From Thermoplasmatota archaeon (GTDB taxonomy: Archaea; Thermoplasmatota; E2; DHVEG-1), in NCBI GenBank assembly GCA_041550515.1, contig JBFEOQ010000002.1, positions 11,926-75,925 of the forward strand: a stretch of 64,000 nucleotides of DNA. The letters run 5' to 3'. The notes beneath the pieces are model-generated. The model made no database searches and was not told the DNA's origin. It saw nothing but the letters and a program-made list of their open reading frames with translations. Positions 28,760 to 36,426 of the stretch are shown one piece after another (position 1 is the first letter of the stretch; every line of letters begins with the position of its first letter). A program made the position numbers and the translations under genes.

Positions 28760-29376
28760 AGAAAGTTCTTTTTGTCTGTGTAGGAAATTCTTGTCGTAGT
28801 CAGATGGCAAAAGGATTTTTCAATTATATTTCTGAAAATGCTTTTGGTGAAAGTGCTGGGACTAAACCTGAAGACAAGATTGATCCTAAAACTGTCGAGG
28901 TTATGAGAGAAAAAAATATCGATATTAGTAGTTATGTTCCAAAATTGTTTACTTCTTCTATGAATAATCAGTTTGATTATATTGTTTCAATGGGTTGTAT
29001 TGATCTTTGTCCGATTACTCCTAAAAATAAGACTATTGAATGGAATGTTAATGATCCTAAAGGCAAAAATATTGTTTTTTATAGAAAAATTAGAGATGAA
29101 ATTGAGAATAATGTCAAAAAATTGATAGATGAGGTGATATTAAAGATGAAAATCGAGATTTTAGGTACAGGTTGTCCTAAATGTAAAGCAACTGAAAAAA
29201 TTGTTAAAAAAGCTGTTGAAGAATTGGGTATTGAAGCGGAGATAGTGAAAGTTGAGGATTTACAAGAAATTATTGATAGAGGTGTTATGATGACACCTGC
29301 TGTAGTTGTTGATGATGAAGTAAAAATAGTTGGTCATACACCCTCAGTTGAAGAGGTTAAAAAAATAATTAAATAG
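28756..29376 (+). CDS. arsC: Arsenate reductase (LMW-PTPase type) fused to a C-terminal thioredoxin-fold CxxC domain
   Basis: N-terminal P-loop CVGNSCRSQMA (CX5R). From residue 131, MKIEILGTGCPKCK...MTPAVVVDDE is a small redox-active disulfide/Thioredoxin_3-like domain. 4-nt overlap with acr3. Confidence 0.85.
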   Translation: MKKVLFVCVGNSCRSQMAKGFFNYISENAFGESAGTKPEDKIDPKTVEVMREKNIDISSYVPKLFTSSMNNQFDYIVSMGCIDLCPITPKNKTIEWNVNDPKGKNIVFYRKIRDEIENNVKKLIDEVILKMKIEILGTGCPKCKATEKIVKKAVEELGIEAEIVKVEDLQEIIDRGVMMTPAVVVDDEVKIVGHTPSVEEVKKIIK

Positions 29377-29390
29377 AGGTAGAATAATTT

Positions 29391-29972
29391 ATGAGAATTA
29401 AAACAATGATATTGTCTTTCTTTACTATTTTTCTCCTGTTATTTTTAAGTGGATGTACCAATAACAATACAAATGAAAGTTGGTTGAAAAATTATTCACC
29501 TGAGCATTCTGTTGGAACTGGTGAAAATTATTTCTGGATTAATTTTCCTGATGGTCAAAGTGCTCAACATAAAACATGGATTATTGAAAGTTTAGAAGAA
29601 AAACCTATATTTTTTGTATGTCATAGAACAGGTTGTGCATCATGTACACCCCAAGCAGATCGCGTTAAAGCTCTTGGAGAAAAATATGAAGAATATGCGA
29701 TATTTTATGATTTAGATAATCCCTTTGCAGGATATGGGGATCCTTCAGCAGATATTTTAAAGAAATATAATGAGGGATTTTATTATGATCCAAATGGTGG
29801 ATCTCATTATATTGCATTAACAGGTGTCTTTACACTTGTAAATGATGGAGGAGAGGTAAAAATTGGTTGGCATAGCTGGGAAGCTCCAAATGATATGACG
29901 ATTAGCGATTCTGATTTAGAAACATGGATTAAAGATGCTATTTATTATCTTCATATAAACAGCGGGATTTAA
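29391..29972 (+). CDS. Thioredoxin-like lipoprotein (extracytoplasmic, CxxC)
   Basis: Signal peptide with lipobox-like LLFLSGC and the motif FFVCHRTGCASCTPQ. Confidence 0.6.
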   Translation: MRIKTMILSFFTIFLLLFLSGCTNNNTNESWLKNYSPEHSVGTGENYFWINFPDGQSAQHKTWIIESLEEKPIFFVCHRTGCASCTPQADRVKALGEKYEEYAIFYDLDNPFAGYGDPSADILKKYNEGFYYDPNGGSHYIALTGVFTLVNDGGEVKIGWHSWEAPNDMTISDSDLETWIKDAIYYLHINSGI

Positions 29973-29974
29973 TT

Positions 29975-31309
29975 ATGAAACGTTTAATTTTTATTATCGC
30001 TATTATTGCATTTTTGTTTCCAACTATTTTAGTAACTGCAAATGCTAGTGATATTGTAAAAGCACCTGATTTCACAGCAACTGATACAAATGGAATAGAA
30101 TTTAATCTCCGTGATTACAAAGGAAAAGTAGTTATATTGCATATCACAGGTGTTGAAAACCCATTATGTATTGAATGTCTTGAGGAGATGAAAGGTCAGA
30201 TTATTGAACTTGAAAAACTCTACAATTCTAATCAAAATATAACCATTATAACTATTAATATCAGAAAAAATCCTTATTTTAATACATCAGGTTTAGAGAT
30301 GTCACAACAAGAATGGGATGTGGATATAAATTGGCATTGGGTTGAGGATTTTAACCCTTTTCAGATTTCAGGTTTGTATCAGAAATATTGGACTAATGAT
30401 GGAGCATTTTCCAATCCAACTATTATTTTAATTGATAGAAATCAAAGCATTGTTGGAGTTCGTCATGTATATTGTATAGGTAAAGGGGTGATTGATGGTA
30501 TTCAAACTTCTGAAAAACTTCAAGGATATGTTAAAGCAATTGATGAAGGTAATTGGGAAGGATTTAGTGAAGATTTAGGAGATGAGGGATTAACCTTTAT
30601 TGGTATTTTCATCCTTGGTATTTTAACCTCTGTTACTCCTTGTTCGCTTGCACTTTTAATTGCAATGATTTCTTATGTTGGTTCTATGCAGAAGGATGCT
30701 CAGAAAACATCAAAGAAATACTCTTTTCAAGGTTTATGGATAGGAGTAATCTTTACCCTTGGTATGTCTCTGGTATTTTTTGTGTTTGGTATGATTATCT
30801 CCTCTTTAGGTGCTTTTATTCAAGCATCATCATTATTTTTCCTTATCGCAGGTGTCATCCTTATTATCCTTGGTATCAACATTTTTAAACCTTTTAGTGA
30901 GATTTTTAAGAGGAAATCTGAAAAAGAAACTGGTTCAAATATAATTGAAAAGGGACAAGGATTGTTTTTTAAACTTAGTAAAAAATCTATTTATCTAGGA
31001 GCATTCTTTTTAGGAATTCTTTTTTCTATAGGTTGGGCGCCATGTGCTTTATCACTTATGATGCCAGTTTTTATCTTAACCTTATCTCAACAAATTTCTA
31101 TTATCATGGGTGGTCTTTTGTTGTTTGCTTTTGGTCTTGGTCATGGTGTACCAATTATTCCTTTATGTACTGTTACTAGTAGCATAAGGGGTAAACTTGG
31201 AAATAAATATGTTTCTGCGGGTAAATTGATGCAGTGCATATTCGGAGTCATTATAATTATTATTGGATTTATTATGGCGATTAGATTCTGGGGGATAAAC
31301 TTCTGGTAG
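29975..31309 (+). CDS. TlpA/ResA-like thioredoxin domain fused to CcdA/DsbD-type transmembrane electron transporter
   Basis: Signal peptide, then APDFTATDTNG...KGKVVILHITGVENPLCIEC (CxxC). The 6-TM domain has TPCSLALL and WAPCALSL, the two conserved CcdA cysteines. Confidence 0.8.
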   Translation: MKRLIFIIAIIAFLFPTILVTANASDIVKAPDFTATDTNGIEFNLRDYKGKVVILHITGVENPLCIECLEEMKGQIIELEKLYNSNQNITIITINIRKNPYFNTSGLEMSQQEWDVDINWHWVEDFNPFQISGLYQKYWTNDGAFSNPTIILIDRNQSIVGVRHVYCIGKGVIDGIQTSEKLQGYVKAIDEGNWEGFSEDLGDEGLTFIGIFILGILTSVTPCSLALLIAMISYVGSMQKDAQKTSKKYSFQGLWIGVIFTLGMSLVFFVFGMIISSLGAFIQASSLFFLIAGVILIILGINIFKPFSEIFKRKSEKETGSNIIEKGQGLFFKLSKKSIYLGAFFLGILFSIGWAPCALSLMMPVFILTLSQQISIIMGGLLLFAFGLGHGVPIIPLCTVTSSIRGKLGNKYVSAGKLMQCIFGVIIIIIGFIMAIRFWGINFW

Positions 31310-31326
31310 ATCATAAACGAAAAAAA

Positions 31327-31839
31327 ATGGGAGTAATATTTCTTATTTTTCTTTTATTTTTTATTATAAATGGTATTAATTCTTCTAAGGCGCAACCAGT
31401 TAATATAGATGTAAATATCTTTCCTTCTCCACCTATACCACTTGAAAATGTTACTTTCATTGTTGGTCTTAACAATAGTAGCTATGTTAGTGTTGATGAG
31501 ATACGATTAATCTCTCAGGAATATATTTATGATGTAAGTTTCCCTGAAACTTATAATATTTCGTTGAACTACACTTATAGTTGTTGTATGGATTTTTATG
31601 AAGGTACTTTTAAGCTTGCACACAAAGATGCGACTAGAATAATTTATCATTTGGAAATTCTGAGCAATGGAACATGGTACAAGTATAAAACCAGTTTTTT
31701 TGATATGGTTGTTAATTCAAATGATAATATGATTAATAATAAGGAAAATCAAACGCCAGGTTTTGAATTTATATTGCTTATTTTTTCAGCAATTTTATCT
31801 TTAATTAATAGAAATTATAAACTAAAAGTAAAAAAATAA
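31327..31839 (+). CDS. Secreted glycoprotein-like protein with PGF-CTERM sorting signal
   Basis: Signal peptide and 6 or more N-x-S/T sequons. Vicinal Cys pair (YSCCMD). The C-terminus QTPGFEFILLIFSAILSLINRNYKLKVKK is PGF plus TM plus a basic tail. Confidence 0.7.
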   Translation: MGVIFLIFLLFFIINGINSSKAQPVNIDVNIFPSPPIPLENVTFIVGLNNSSYVSVDEIRLISQEYIYDVSFPETYNISLNYTYSCCMDFYEGTFKLAHKDATRIIYHLEILSNGTWYKYKTSFFDMVVNSNDNMINNKENQTPGFEFILLIFSAILSLINRNYKLKVKK

Positions 31840-31866
31840 ATAATTAAAATATGGTGGTGAATAAAA

Positions 31867-33003
31867 TTGAAAAAAAAAATAAAAGAAGATAAATGGGTTA
31901 TTTGCCCTGAATGTAAAGCCAAACTCAAACAAGAGAATCTCGTATATCATATGAAACATGTTCACAATAAAAAAATCGATGAAACAGAAATAAAAACCAT
32001 GGAAACCTCAGATAGAAAAAGACTGGCAAACAAAACTATAAAGAGTTCATCTAAAAAAACTATTAGCATAATTATTATACTATTTATTGTAGCTGTTGCT
32101 TTAATATCTATATATCTTCTATCCAATCCTGAAGATTCAAATGGACAAAATGATAAAAAAAATTATTTTGTTTCAATTGAAGGAAAAGGTAATTACTCAT
32201 CGATCCAAGATGCAGTTGATGCAGCTTCTGATAATGATACTATTTTTGTAAGCAATGGAATTTACTTTGAAAATATTATAATAACAAAACCAGTACAGAT
32301 AATTGGAGAAGATAAAAATACAACTATAATTAATGGTAATGGATCCTCTGATATTATTGATATATCAACAGATTATGTAAAAATAAGTGGTTTTACAATA
32401 ACAAATGGTAGTCAAAGAACTGCTGGTATAAGAATTAGGTCAAATTACAACACAATTTCAAATTGTAACATTTCATCAAATAAAAATTATGGTTTATATC
32501 TTGATGGAACACCTGAAAGTAAAAATAATATAATATATTTTAACACATTTTTCAATAACAATTACGGTTTATACACAGAAAACGCAAAAACAAATAATAT
32601 TACTTCAAATACATTTACTCATAGCACACTCTACAGTTTGTATTTTACCGGTTCATCTAATGATAATTTGATTTCGGAAAACAAATTTACAGATAATAAT
32701 TATGCACTAAGAATAAAAGGATCAGCATTAAACACAATTATAAAAAATCAAATAAAGAACAACAAATATGGACTTTATTTCTGTTGCGGCTCTAAAAACA
32801 ACATTGCTTATAACAACGTTTTCATAAATAATACCAACTGGAATGCAGATGATGCTCTAGGTAATACATGGGATAATGGAATGATTGGTAACTATTGGGA
32901 TGATTATACTGGCAATGATGAAAATGGTGATGGTATAGGCGATACACCATATCTTGTAGGTGGTGATAAAGGAGATAATTTTCCTCTAATGGAACCTAAC
33001 TAA
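31867..33003 (+). CDS. Membrane protein: cytoplasmic C2H2-like zinc finger, single TM, extracellular right-handed beta-helix (NosD/PbH1-like)
   Basis: CPECKAKLKQENLVYHMKHVH, a basic linker, a TM helix, then repeated N-rich beta-helix turns. Ends with GDGIGDTPY as in NosD-family proteins. Contains FCCGS. Confidence 0.7.
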   Translation: MKKKIKEDKWVICPECKAKLKQENLVYHMKHVHNKKIDETEIKTMETSDRKRLANKTIKSSSKKTISIIIILFIVAVALISIYLLSNPEDSNGQNDKKNYFVSIEGKGNYSSIQDAVDAASDNDTIFVSNGIYFENIIITKPVQIIGEDKNTTIINGNGSSDIIDISTDYVKISGFTITNGSQRTAGIRIRSNYNTISNCNISSNKNYGLYLDGTPESKNNIIYFNTFFNNNYGLYTENAKTNNITSNTFTHSTLYSLYFTGSSNDNLISENKFTDNNYALRIKGSALNTIIKNQIKNNKYGLYFCCGSKNNIAYNNVFINNTNWNADDALGNTWDNGMIGNYWDDYTGNDENGDGIGDTPYLVGGDKGDNFPLMEPN

Positions 33004-33075
33004 AAACATTTATCTTTTAAATCTATATCTAGCATTTTTAGAGTATTTTATGTTATTATATAAAGAAAAAATAGT

Positions 33076-33111
33076 AAATATTGTAGGAATTCCAAATATT
33101 CTACAATATTT
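33076..33111. terminator. Perfect 11-bp inverted repeat between convergent genes (possible bidirectional terminator)
   Basis: AAATATTGTAG (33076-33086) pairs with CTACAATATTT (33101-33111) across a 14-nt loop, with T-runs on both strands. Archaeal termination does not require hairpins. Confidence 0.3.
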
Positions 33112-33334
33112 ATTTTCTAAAACCACAACAGGATCTTGATGGATAATTCTCATTAGATTGTTGTTGGTAATTACAATATGGTTGTGGACAATCATCTGTA
33201 TCTGGACACCAGCTATTCTTCTGATATTGTGGTTTTTCATTAGTTATATTATTTGCAGATATACCAATTGTTGTTAAAATAACTGCCAATATCGTTAGAA
33301 AAACTAGAATCTGAATTTTTCTATTTATCTTCAT
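33110..33334 (-). CDS. Small secreted cysteine-rich peptide (74-aa precursor)
   Basis: N-terminal signal/TM helix followed by a Q/N/P-rich region with 5 Cys (WCPDTDDCPQPYC...SCCGFRK). I recognise no family. Confidence 0.5.
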   Translation of the reverse strand: MKINRKIQILVFLTILAVILTTIGISANNITNEKPQYQKNSWCPDTDDCPQPYCNYQQQSNENYPSRSCCGFRK

Positions 33335-33627
33335 ATTTTTGTCCCCATTAACAACTGTTAATTATCCGTTATTAGTATATATAATTTGCTGTAAATTTGA
33401 CATGAAAAAAGATAATATAAATATATAATAACAAAATTTAAATTTTATTAACCGAAAAATTATGTTATGTAACAAAATTAAAAAAACAACCCAGACAAAT
33501 TACAAAATGTAAAACTGATTTCATATTAAAAAAAGAGAAAAAAGGTTTTAGTGAGATCAACTTAAAAATCCAAGAGAGCCAAGTTTTTATAACTCTTACC
33601 AGAAATCTCTCCTGTAAGATGGTGTAT

Positions 33628-33642
33628 ATTCCGCCCAGTCCA
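33628..33642 (+). repeat. Direct repeat copy 2 (tRNA-Ala 3'-end remnant, att-like)
   Basis: attCCGCCCAGTCCA matches 14/15 with 26261-26275. Weaker similarity (18/25) extends upstream into the T-loop equivalent. Confidence 0.65.
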
Positions 33643-33805
33643 CTGTTTTTTAATTTTTGGCTATCTTTTTTTTGCTATAATAGTATATCTTCAATAATTT
33701 TATGTTGCTAAAATCACAAGTAGAATTTAAAAACAGAATCATAAAATGCTAATAATTAAAGAAAAAAATATAATAAACAAACTAATTCATAAAGGGAATT
33801 TTAAA

Positions 33806-34324
33806 ATGGAAAAAGGTTATATTCATGTTTATACAGGTAATGGTAAAGGTAAAACAACTTCTGCGATTGGTCTTGGATTAAGAGCTGCTGGTGCAGGTTT
33901 AAAAGTACATATGTTGCAATTTATGAAAGGAAGAAAATATAGCGAGCTTGAATCAATTGAGAAAATTGAAAATTTTACTTTTTCTCAACATGGTCGAGAT
34001 GAATTTGTAAATAAAGAAAATCCTGATGAGATAGACATTAATCTTGCTAGAGCGGGATTTTCCTATGCGAAGGAATTAGTTAATAGTGAAAAGTTTGATA
34101 TGATAATTCTTGATGAAATTAATGTAGCAATTGACTTTAACTTAATAGATTTCAATGAGATAGTAAAACTTGCAAAAAATAAACCAGAAAAACTTGAACT
34201 AATATTTACAGGGAGGTATGCTCATGTTGAAATACAAAGAATTGCTGATTATGTGACTGAAATGCTTGAAATAAAACACCCATATCAACAAGGTATAGAA
34301 GCTAGAAAAGGTATTGATTTCTAA
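33806..34324 (+). CDS. cobA: ATP:cob(I)alamin adenosyltransferase, CobA/CobO/BtuR type
   Basis: GYIHVYTGNGKGKTTSAIGLGLRAAGAG P-loop and ILDEINVA motif. Start moved to MEKGY. Confidence 0.85.
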   Translation: MEKGYIHVYTGNGKGKTTSAIGLGLRAAGAGLKVHMLQFMKGRKYSELESIEKIENFTFSQHGRDEFVNKENPDEIDINLARAGFSYAKELVNSEKFDMIILDEINVAIDFNLIDFNEIVKLAKNKPEKLELIFTGRYAHVEIQRIADYVTEMLEIKHPYQQGIEARKGIDF

Positions 34325-34341
34325 ATTAGGGGAAGTAACCT

Positions 34342-36018
34342 ATGATTGATAAAAACGAACTCGAAAATATAAAAAAAAGAAGATCTGATTGGGAGCGAAA
34401 AAGTTACAATCCACACATAAAAAAACATTTTGAGAGAAAGAAAAAATTTGAAAATTTGTCCTGGAATGAGATTAATAATCTTTATACTCCTGAAGATATT
34501 TCAAATTTAAATTACTTAAAAGATATCGGATTTCCTGGAGTGTATCCTTTTCTTCGAGGTGTTTATCCAACTATGCATCGAGGTCGTCTTTGGACTTTTC
34601 GTCAATTTAGTGGTTTTGGTAGTGCTGAGGAAACAAATAAACGTTATAAATATTTGTTAGATCATGGGGAAACGGGCCTTTCAGTTGCTTTTGATTATCC
34701 TACTTTATATGGATATGATACAGATCATCCAATGAGTCGGGGTGAGTTTGGAAAATGTGGTGTTGCAATTAGTAGCTTGCAGGATATGGAGATTTTATTT
34801 AGTGGAATTCCAATTGACAAAGTAACTACTAGTATGACAATTAATGGTCCTGCTGCAATTGTTTGGGGCTTTTATATTGCAAATGCTGAGAATCGTGGGA
34901 TAGATCGTCGCATAATTGGAGGTACTATTCAGAATGATATTTTAAAGGAATATATTGCTCAAAAAAGCTTTATTTTTCCACCCGAACCATCGATGAGACT
35001 TATTGTGGATACTTTTGAATTTGGATATAAAGAAATTCCGCGGTGGAATACAATTAGTATTAGTGGTTATCATATTCGTGAAGCAGGTAGCACTGCTGTA
35101 CAAGAGCTAGCTTTTACCGTTGGTGATGGTATAGAATATGTTAAATGGGCTTTAAAACGGGATCTTAAAATCGATGATTTTGCACCAAGATTGAGTTTCT
35201 TTTTTAATTCACATAATGATTTTTTTGAAGAAATTGCAAAGTATCGTGCTGCTCGACGCATCTGGGCAAGAGAAATCAAGGCTCTTGGGGCAAAAAAACC
35301 TCGAAGTATGTTAATGCGTTTTCATACCCAAACAGCAGGGTGTTCATTAACTGCTCAACAACCCGAGATTAATATTGCAAGAGTAACGATGCAAGCTTTA
35401 TCTGCAGTTCTTGGAGGAACGCAGAGTTTACATACAAATAGTATGGATGAAGCTCTTGCTCTTCCATCTGAAAAAGCTGTACGTATTGCTCTTCGAACAC
35501 AGCAGATTATTGCTGAGGAAAGTGGTGTTACCAACACTATTGATCCGCTAGGCGGTAGTTACTATATTGAATGGCTAACTGATAAAATGGAAGAAGAAAC
35601 CTATCAATATTGGGATCGCGTTGAAAAACTCGGTGGTGTTATCCCTGCGATTGAAAAAGGTTTTTATCAACGTGAAATTTCCCAGGCAGCGTATAAATAT
35701 CAGAAAGAAATTGATGAAAAAAAACGTATAATAGTTGGAGTAAATGAATATCATATAGATGAATCCGTTGACATTCCAATTCTAAAAATGGATGAAAAAG
35801 GAGAGGAACGTCAGATTAATCGTTTAAATAAACTAAAGAAAAACAGAAACAATCAGAAAGTTAATAATAATCTTAAAAAACTTCAAAAAGCTGCAAAGGG
35901 TGAAGAAAATATGATGCCTTTTATTTTAGATTGTATTCACTCTTATGCAACTCTCGGTGAAACTTGCCAAGTTTTGCGAGATGTATTTGGAGAATATGAA
36001 GAACCTGCTATATATTAA
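34342..36018 (+). CDS. Coenzyme-B12 acyl-CoA mutase, large (substrate-binding) subunit; ICM-like determinants
   Basis: Full-length similarity to MCM/ICM TIM-barrel subunits (SISGYHIREAG, RFHTQTAGCSLTAQQP, SLHTNSMDEALALPSE). Has FRQF(89)SGF and YIAQ(207)K where MCM has Tyr and Arg. Confidence 0.85.
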   Translation: MIDKNELENIKKRRSDWERKSYNPHIKKHFERKKKFENLSWNEINNLYTPEDISNLNYLKDIGFPGVYPFLRGVYPTMHRGRLWTFRQFSGFGSAEETNKRYKYLLDHGETGLSVAFDYPTLYGYDTDHPMSRGEFGKCGVAISSLQDMEILFSGIPIDKVTTSMTINGPAAIVWGFYIANAENRGIDRRIIGGTIQNDILKEYIAQKSFIFPPEPSMRLIVDTFEFGYKEIPRWNTISISGYHIREAGSTAVQELAFTVGDGIEYVKWALKRDLKIDDFAPRLSFFFNSHNDFFEEIAKYRAARRIWAREIKALGAKKPRSMLMRFHTQTAGCSLTAQQPEINIARVTMQALSAVLGGTQSLHTNSMDEALALPSEKAVRIALRTQQIIAEESGVTNTIDPLGGSYYIEWLTDKMEEETYQYWDRVEKLGGVIPAIEKGFYQREISQAAYKYQKEIDEKKRIIVGVNEYHIDESVDIPILKMDEKGEERQINRLNKLKKNRNNQKVNNNLKKLQKAAKGEENMMPFILDCIHSYATLGETCQVLRDVFGEYEEPAIY

Positions 36019-36030
36019 AGGTGAATATTG

Positions 36031-36426
36031 ATGGAAAAAAAAATTAGAGTTTTGGTTGCTAAACCTGGTCTTGATGGCCATGATCGTGGTGCAAAAATTG
36101 TGGCTCGTGCATTGAGAGATGCTGGGATGGAAGTGATATATACAGGACTACATCAAACTGCTGAAATGGTAGTGGAAACGGCTATTCAAGAAGATGTTGA
36201 TGTAGTTGGGCTAAGTCTTTTATCTGGTGCCCATATGACACTTTTTGTTGATGTTGCCCATCTTATGAAAAAGAAAGGAATGAAAGATATTTTAATTGTT
36301 GGTGGAGGTATTATTCCTGAAGAAGATGTTTCTAAATTAAAAAAGGAAGGAATATCAGGAGTCTTTGGACCAGGTACACACTGTGATGAAATAGTAGAGT
36401 TTATCAAAAAGAATGTGAAAAGATGA
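36031..36426 (+). CDS. Acyl-CoA mutase small subunit (B12-binding domain)
   Basis: [15 protein letters not shown] carries the DxHxxG cobalamin-binding motif. About 130 aa. AGGTGA SD. Confidence 0.9.
   Translation: MEKKIRVLVAKPGLDGHDRGAKIVARALRDAGMEVIYTGLHQTAEMVVETAIQEDVDVVGLSLLSGAHMTLFVDVAHLMKKKGMKDILIVGGGIIPEEDVSKLKKEGISGVFGPGTHCDEIVEFIKKNVKR

Larger units (their letters stand above)
26276..33642 (+). mobile_element. Putative integrated genomic island (integrase-less) carrying ars and thiol-redox genes
   Basis: Bounded by tRNA-Ala and a direct repeat of its 3' end. The cargo is accessory and flanked by housekeeping genes. It looks less AT-rich with T-ending codons. No recombinase gene was seen. 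Confidence 0.45.

Noticed and set aside
33010-33240. 76-aa minus-strand ORF overlapping the Cys-rich peptide gene
   Set aside because: It overlaps the 33110-33334 ORF in another frame, has no signal peptide or motif, and runs through the inverted-repeat terminator region. The signal-peptide-bearing frame is more plausible.
33335-33630. Searched for an integrase/excisionase gene or pseudogene at the island's right end
   Set aside because: No ORF of meaningful length exists in any frame. The sequence is AT-rich non-coding, so no recombinase can be claimed.
34342-36018. Straight annotation as methylmalonyl-CoA mutase
   Set aside because: It is not rejected as an acyl-CoA mutase. The MCM-specific Tyr/Arg carboxylate-binding residues are replaced by Phe89/Gln207, so the MCM substrate label is not supported from the sequence alone.
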